NCBI GenBank assembly: GCA_016198685.1
Contig: JACQID010000005.1
Location: 1-17,965, forward strand
Source: Candidatus Aenigmatarchaeota archaeon
Lineage (GTDB): Archaea > Aenigmatarchaeota > Aenigmatarchaeia > GW2011-AR5
Reading direction: 5' to 3'
DNA length: 17,965 nt
Part shown: in pieces, positions 14,651 to 17,965 of the stretch
How the letters are laid out: each line of letters starts with the position of its first letter
How positions within the stretch are numbered: the stretch's first letter is position 1
Position numbers and translations under genes: made by a program
Notes under the pieces: model-generated
Databases searched by the model: none
What the model was told of the DNA's origin: nothing
What the model saw: only the letters and a program-made list of their open reading frames with translations

Positions 14651-16438
14651 ATGGCTTATGGAAAACATATCAATATAGGGCTTGAAATCCATCAGCAACT
14701 TAACACTTCCAACAAGCTTTTCTGTTCTTGCCCCATTCTAAAGAGTGAAAACTTCCCTTTCTCAACCACTAGAAGAATCAGGGCAGTTGCTGGTGAAGGC
14801 GGTAAAATAGATCCTGCAGCTCTTTACGAAATGACGCGCGGCAGGGAATTCATTTATAGATCCGATAATATTAGCAGTTGTTTAATTGAATTGGATGAGG
14901 AGCCACCCAAGCAGATAAATGAAGATGCGCTTTATATCACGCTTCAGGTTTGCAAGCTTCTCTCTTCCTCGTCGGTAGAAGAAGTGCATGTTATGCGAAA
15001 GACCGTGGCTGATGGGTCGGCTGTATCCGGTTTCCAGCGCACGGCTCTTGTAGGCGTAGGCGGGCAGGTTAAGACCTCCTTTGGCAAGATAGGGATACAA
15101 ACTGTATGCCTGGAGGAAGATTCTTCTGTAGATATGCATACGGGCAGGCCGGAATATCGTATAGATCGTTTAGGCGTGCCACTTGTCGAGATAGCGACTG
15201 CGCCTGACATGCACTCGCCTGAAGAAACAATGGCTGCCGCAGAGAAAATAGGTACATTGCTTCGCAGCTTGAATGTCCGCAGGGGGATAGGCAGCATACG
15301 CCAAGATATCAACGTTTCGATAGAAGGCGGAGAGAGGATTGAGATAAAGGGATTTCAGGAACTTGATAGGATTGCTGAAGCTGTAAATAACGAAGTCTTG
15401 CGGCAGGTCGCTCTTCTTGAGGTACGCGATGAACTCCGCAAAAGGGGCGTCAGGGACGCGCCTGAAAAAGTAATTGACGTAACACATGTTTTCCGGAATA
15501 CCGAATCCTTTGTCAGAAAATCTCTGGCAGACGGCAAGGTTCTTGCATCGGTATTGCATGGGTTTGGCGGTCTTATGAAAAAGGAACTCGGCGACAGAAC
15601 CCTGGGCAAGGAACTTTCCGGTTACGCTGCAGCGTACGGCTATGGAATAACGCATTCAGACGAAGACATGGAAAAATACAAGCTCACTGAAGAGTTCATG
15701 GAACTAAGAAAACTTCTCAATGCGGGGCAGCGTGATATTGTTTTTATAGTGGCGGGCAAGGGTCCGGAAAAAGGCATTACGGCAGTGATTGAGCGCGCAC
15801 GGTACTGTCTTATCGGAATACCTAAGGAAACGCGTGTCGCAGACGGCGCAGGGTCAAGATATACGCGTCCATTGCCCGGCTCAGAAAGAATGTATCCGGA
15901 AACCGACGTGCCTGTTCATACCATAAGCGGAATCAAAGTCTCGGTTCCCAAAACAATTGAAGAGCGCACGGCGGAATTAAAAAAATTGATGCCGGAAGAC
16001 ATGGCTAATCAGTTGGCGCGTTCGGAAAAATACTATTTATACGAAAACCTGACAAAAAAATTCAACGTAGACGCTGTGCTTGTTGCTACCACCCTGCTTT
16101 CAACGGTTAAGGATCTGAAGAGGCGGGGTCTTGATGTTGACAAAATAAGTGAAGATGAATTAGAAAAAGTCTTTGCTTATGCGGCTTCTGGGAGGATGCC
16201 CAAGAGCGCGGTGCCCACGGCTCTGGAAGGGATAGCCTCAGGCAAAACGGCTGAAGAGATCATCCAGTCTCTGGAGCCTGTGAATGAAAAGAAGCTTCGT
16301 TCTATAGTTAATGAAGCGGTCGATGCCAATGCAGGCCAGAAGGAAAGCGTTATTATGGGCATAGTGATGGCCAAAGTGCGCGGCCGGGCTGACGGGAGCA
16401 TGGTTGCGAAACTATTAAGGGAAGCCATGCGAAAGTAA
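14651..16438 (+). CDS. gatE: Glu-tRNA(Gln) amidotransferase subunit E
   Basis: GLEIHQQL, DEEPP, MRKTVADGSAVSGFQRT, RLGVPLVEIAT, GSIRQDINVSI, RIEIKG, RPLPGSERMYPETD; C-terminal MGIVMAKVRGRADG. Confidence 0.96.
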   Translation: MAYGKHINIGLEIHQQLNTSNKLFCSCPILKSENFPFSTTRRIRAVAGEGGKIDPAALYEMTRGREFIYRSDNISSCLIELDEEPPKQINEDALYITLQVCKLLSSSSVEEVHVMRKTVADGSAVSGFQRTALVGVGGQVKTSFGKIGIQTVCLEEDSSVDMHTGRPEYRIDRLGVPLVEIATAPDMHSPEETMAAAEKIGTLLRSLNVRRGIGSIRQDINVSIEGGERIEIKGFQELDRIAEAVNNEVLRQVALLEVRDELRKRGVRDAPEKVIDVTHVFRNTESFVRKSLADGKVLASVLHGFGGLMKKELGDRTLGKELSGYAAAYGYGITHSDEDMEKYKLTEEFMELRKLLNAGQRDIVFIVAGKGPEKGITAVIERARYCLIGIPKETRVADGAGSRYTRPLPGSERMYPETDVPVHTISGIKVSVPKTIEERTAELKKLMPEDMANQLARSEKYYLYENLTKKFNVDAVLVATTLLSTVKDLKRRGLDVDKISEDELEKVFAYAASGRMPKSAVPTALEGIASGKTAEEIIQSLEPVNEKKLRSIVNEAVDANAGQKESVIMGIVMAKVRGRADGSMVAKLLREAMRK

Positions 16439-16449
16439 TACTAGGTAAT

Positions 16450-16827
16450 ATGGTTGACATACTCGGCTACACTATAGGCATAAGCCTGGCGCTTCTTGCA
16501 AGCCAGGCGGTTTCGGCGCTTCTTGCATTTATCGCAGTTGTAATTTCTGATAATTATATTGGCCATAATATTGAATTAAAAAGAGCTTTAGGTCTTTCGG
16601 TCATTTCATTTTTCATCGTGCCTCTGATTATTCCATATTTGGGCTTGAATTATCCTTATCTCAATCTTTACTTCCCGCTTATATCATGGATAATACTTGG
16701 AGAAATAATACTCAATAATGACTTTGGAACGAAACTCAAGATCCTTGGCGTTGCGTTCTTCGTATACTACATACTGAATATAATAGTTCAGCCGATCCTT
16801 CTGGATTACTTGCGATTTCTGAGTTGA
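16450..16827 (+). CDS. Small multi-pass membrane protein (125 aa)
   Basis: About 4 hydrophobic segments; 11 nt downstream of gatE on the same strand. Confidence 0.8.
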   Translation: MVDILGYTIGISLALLASQAVSALLAFIAVVISDNYIGHNIELKRALGLSVISFFIVPLIIPYLGLNYPYLNLYFPLISWIILGEIILNNDFGTKLKILGVAFFVYYILNIIVQPILLDYLRFLS

Positions 16828-16871
16828 ACGTTGAAAAATACAAATGGGAGCACTAGAAGGTTACATTTTCT

Positions 16872-17965
16872 CTATTCAATATCGGTAGCTATTGAGTATA
16901 CTGCAGTGGACCTAAATCCTTTCCAGTATGCCAAGTTAAATTCATGAATAGTCATGACATGATAATATTTCTGTCCGCGGGCAGATATCTCTATAAGGAA
17001 AAGTCCATTATCGCCCGTAACACTTATGGCGCCAAATGGATTGGGTTTCAACGTATGGCCGGTGGCGGTTGTTAAAGAATGAACAGGCTGATTTGGCAAG
17101 ACAAGCTCGCCATTGTTGTTGGTAGTTCCTGATAAGACGAGGGACGATGAGGATATTTTTTTGTTCGACGATTGCCATACAATAACTATTGCGTCGGCCA
17201 AAGGTGCCCCGTTCAAATCGTTTATTCTGATAATATTATTTTCAGGGGTGTCAAACAGATATTCTCCATAATATCCTCGTCGATAATCTTTTGTGGAGGC
17301 CAAGGCTGTTAATATATATGATGGCGGTTTTATCCCGGTTTCTGCAGATATTCCGATGTCATCTTGACCGCCCGTTACCTCGGGGTTTTTCAAATTAAGA
17401 CGTTCTCCAGTGATGGCGTTATCGGCAGGCAATACGTTGGCATCGTACATATGTGCGAATCCAAGTTGATGTGCCCATTCGTGCACAAGGCTTGGCTGAA
17501 TTCTCATTGCCCAATATGCGATTTTGTTTGGGCATGTGTTTTCACACCATTCATCAGTTTCAAACCCCCATCTGCCATCCCATAGAATGTCGTGGGGTGC
17601 ATGGGTTGCACCTCTTGGTAGTATACCATTGGGTTCAACCACGATGTTGTCTATGCGCATGGACATGCCAGATTCAACTATCATTTCATTTAGTCTATCC
17701 GCGTGCACTTGTATCCAGTCCTCAAACGAAGAGATTCCTTTCAAATGGACGGCACGATTGAAGGAATCGTAAACATCCTGCTCCACATGAATTCTCATAG
17801 ACATTGCGTTTGTGGCATCTTCTATGTGGTTGTTGGTATTGTGTTGCAGTCGTTTGTTGCCGTGTTGCAACCGTAAGCGCACGTTTTCGCAAACACGGAC
17901 GATCCGTCAATCAGGCGGTAATAGCGGTCGTTCCCTAAGCAGTAGTATCCTGAAGACGTGACCAT
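16872..17965 (-). pseudogene. Secreted zincin metallopeptidase gene, 3' part, frameshifted at about 17825 (true lesion or sequence error)
   Basis: The frame entering from the right end reads MVTSSGYYCLGNDRYYRLIDGSSVFAKTCAYGCNTATNDCNTIPTTT then TAG (17824-17822). The overlapping frame continues IEDATNAMSMRIHV...VHEWAHQLGFAH (HEXXHXXGXXH)...GAPLADAIVIVWQ...GTTNNNG to the stop at 16872. Confidence 0.7.
17876..17965. repeat. Terminal direct repeat, right copy (90 bp)
   Basis: Identical to 1-90. Confidence 0.98.

Noticed and set aside
17826-17882. GTG start at 17882 for the 336-aa ORF
   Set aside because: The first 19 residues (MRLRLQHGNKRLQHNTNNH) are the off-frame reading of the Cys-rich N-terminal segment.
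1-17965. Plasmid, virus or transposon call
   Set aside because: No recognisable Rep, integrase, transposase, terminase or capsid gene; the content is chromosomal in type.

Overview
Archaeal DNA, inferred to be DPANN-like (possibly Aenigmarchaeota) from gatD/gatE, TATA/BRE promoters, GGTGA/GGAGG RBSs and the type of unknown genes. The first 90 bp are repeated exactly as the last 90 bp, and one minus-strand gene for a secreted zincin metallopeptidase reads across that join, with a 1-nt frameshift. The record therefore behaves as a 17,875-bp circle or a repeat-bounded contig. The left half is accessory: a long VirB11/TadA-type secretion ATPase, two coiled-coil proteins, four tandem paralogous membrane proteins plus a fifth membrane protein, a GT4 glycosyltransferase, a Pro/Tyr/Gly low-complexity protein, a second HEXXHXXGXXH protein, two Gly/Ala-rich membrane proteins and an uncalled 38-aa Cys/His microprotein. 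The right half holds mscS, a PLD-family protein, gatD, an Lrp/AsnC regulator and gatE. A 37-bp repeat / 37-bp insert / 37-bp repeat structure sits at the gatD-Lrp junction. No rRNA, tRNA, transposase, integrase, replication protein, cas or viral hallmark gene was recognised. All calls come from reading motifs by eye; no searches were run.
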